Positions 62,261 to 64,000 of a DNA stretch of 64,000 nt are shown piece after piece. Both the position numbers and the translations under genes were made by a program. Each line of letters starts with the position of its first letter. Within the stretch, counting starts at the first letter, position 1. Source of the DNA: Diadema antillarum (lineage: Eukaryota); NCBI RefSeq assembly GCF_040938485.1, contig NW_027271292.1, forward strand, positions 1,054,001-1,118,000. The letters are read 5' to 3'. The notes beneath the pieces were generated by a model. The model saw only the letters and a list, made by a program, of their open reading frames with translations. It was not told the origin of the DNA and made no database searches.

Positions 62261-63463
62261 ATGATGAAGACGGCATTAACTATGATGGTAATTCTTGCTG
62301 TTTGCCAGGAACACGTCTTTTCCGATTTCACCAGCACGTTGGCGAATGAGAATCACGACGAAGATCTATCTTACAATGTTACTCCTGGGCCCGAAGAAGC
62401 CAAAACGGGGCCCCAAACAGCGGACAGCGATCAAGGAGACATGCCTGGTCTACCAAGAGCAAAAGATCACCATGAAAACGTATCCATGTCACCCGGAATC
62501 TTTCCGACTACAGTCTCTTGGCAATGGATCCCAATCCACTGGACGTGGAACCTCGTCATCCAGTTGATATCCGCCATCGTGGGGATCGTAGGGAATCTTT
62601 TGGTCATCATTGTCCTGTTCCAGAGACGCGCCAAGAGCCGATCAATGGACACACTGATCGGTGGCTTAGCCGTGGCGGATTTCTTGACGTCCGTCTTCAT
62701 CATCCCCATCCCTAGAGCGTCCTCTGTCCCTGAGACCTGGCAAGGTGAGGTCTATTGCCGGGTCGTAGACACTTTCTTTTTTCTATGGATCAGCATCACA
62801 GCATCTGCCTACCTGCTCATGGCTATCTCTGTGGAACGTTATCTGGCGGTGGTGTTTCCGTTGCAGTTTAACCGCTACGTCACAAGACATCGCGTCTCAA
62901 CATCCATTGCTATCATTTGGCTGCTATCGTTTCTCTCAGGCGTGCATGTTTTCCTCGTTCACGGAGTTAGCGAGTTGACTCATTCATGCGTGGAAATGTA
63001 CATGTCGCAAATGGCTCGTATCTTGATCGCGTATTACTGGTTTTGTCTCCGGCTCGTGATTCCATGTTTTACCATGATTACAACCCAGCTCCTTATTGCT
63101 CGCCAGCTCAACAAGAAGGCTGCCTTCTTTAACGATGCGGGCAACATCCATGCACTGGACGGGAGAAAACAGACACCAAGTTTTCATATCGTAGCCAGAA
63201 ATCGTGTCATCAAGATGATGTTTATTGTCATTCTCATCTACATCATCTGTTGGAGTCCAAACCAGATAGCATACCTTGGATACAACCTTGGTTGGATACC
63301 AGCGTCTTACCTGAATAGTCCACTCCAACAAGTTTTGACAGTATTAGGCTTTCTCAATTCCTGCGCGAACCCTGTCATCTATGTTGCCCGCTACCCGGAG
63401 TTCCGGGCCGCTCTTCGGGACATGTTTACCTGCACATCACCCAAAGAAATTCCGCTGTTTTAG
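62261..63463 (+). CDS. Gene E, peptide-receptor-like class A GPCR, 400 aa, C-tail truncated by TAG
   Basis: All 7 TM motifs are intact; the TAG at 63461 aligns to a Glu codon in C and D. Confidence 0.9.
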   Translation: MMKTALTMMVILAVCQEHVFSDFTSTLANENHDEDLSYNVTPGPEEAKTGPQTADSDQGDMPGLPRAKDHHENVSMSPGIFPTTVSWQWIPIHWTWNLVIQLISAIVGIVGNLLVIIVLFQRRAKSRSMDTLIGGLAVADFLTSVFIIPIPRASSVPETWQGEVYCRVVDTFFFLWISITASAYLLMAISVERYLAVVFPLQFNRYVTRHRVSTSIAIIWLLSFLSGVHVFLVHGVSELTHSCVEMYMSQMARILIAYYWFCLRLVIPCFTMITTQLLIARQLNKKAAFFNDAGNIHALDGRKQTPSFHIVARNRVIKMMFIVILIYIICWSPNQIAYLGYNLGWIPASYLNSPLQQVLTVLGFLNSCANPVIYVARYPEFRAALRDMFTCTSPKEIPLF

Positions 63464-64000
63464 AAGGCGGTCAAACCTCCGAGTCATATCAGTGTCAAAC
63501 GATGCACAAAGTAAAAACAAATAGCTAAAAAAACATTTCGTTAGGGCTTAGAGAATTAATGTCATGTATACTATTAAGTTACCGTATGTGAATTAAACTG
63601 TCACAAAGACCGTCACGCAATGAAAGGTCACTGGTGCTGTTCGATCTTTCGTGACATATAGCAGTATGATTTTATTTTGGTCTGTTGGATCCTATGATTT
63701 AGAACGAAATCAAAGAACTTTTTATTTTTTACATTGGGATTAACACGATTCATATGTCATTAAGATCGAAATAGCAAATGGGGTTCGGGACAACTAACTA
63801 TTGTGTAGGCCTACTGTATAGATACATGGCTGCGTAAATAACCAGTTTCTGCACCAAAATATCGATGTGCGTCGATGCTACTCTTTTATCAAAAAGTGCT
63901 GTCGTTTCTAAAATTGTTTAAACTATTAGATTTATATACGCGATACCGTGTGTTCTTTGTTCGGCATCATAATAATTCGTAAGTACGTGTTTGCGGCTTT

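Overview
AT-rich eukaryotic (metazoan) genomic scaffold with six N-gaps; there are no bacterial operons, rRNA genes or CRISPR arrays. It holds a five-gene class A GPCR cluster from two different families. (1) Two tandem, spliced, muscarinic-like aminergic receptors on the + strand: gene A (12838-18067, 3 coding exons) and gene B (23033-37276, 4 coding exons including an 8-nt start micro-exon). I reconstructed both by hand from GT/AG sites and reading phase. Both keep Asp3.32 but have lost the acetylcholine 'tyrosine lid' and carry two TM3 histidines. (2) Three close paralogues of a peptide-receptor-like GPCR with uninterrupted CDS and a signal-peptide-like N-terminus: C (- strand, 41647-42957), D (+, 50455-51774) and E (+, 62261-63463). 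They share a TGCGCATG / TATAA / Inr core promoter and a ~100-nt non-coding first exon. The rest is transposon debris: MITEs with clear TIR/TSD, foldbacks, LINE tails, tRNA-derived SINE heads, a decayed possibly RAG1/Transib-like transposase nested antisense in gene B intron, and microsatellites. An echinoderm-like invertebrate host is my inference only. All protein-family calls come from motif recognition, not from database searches.
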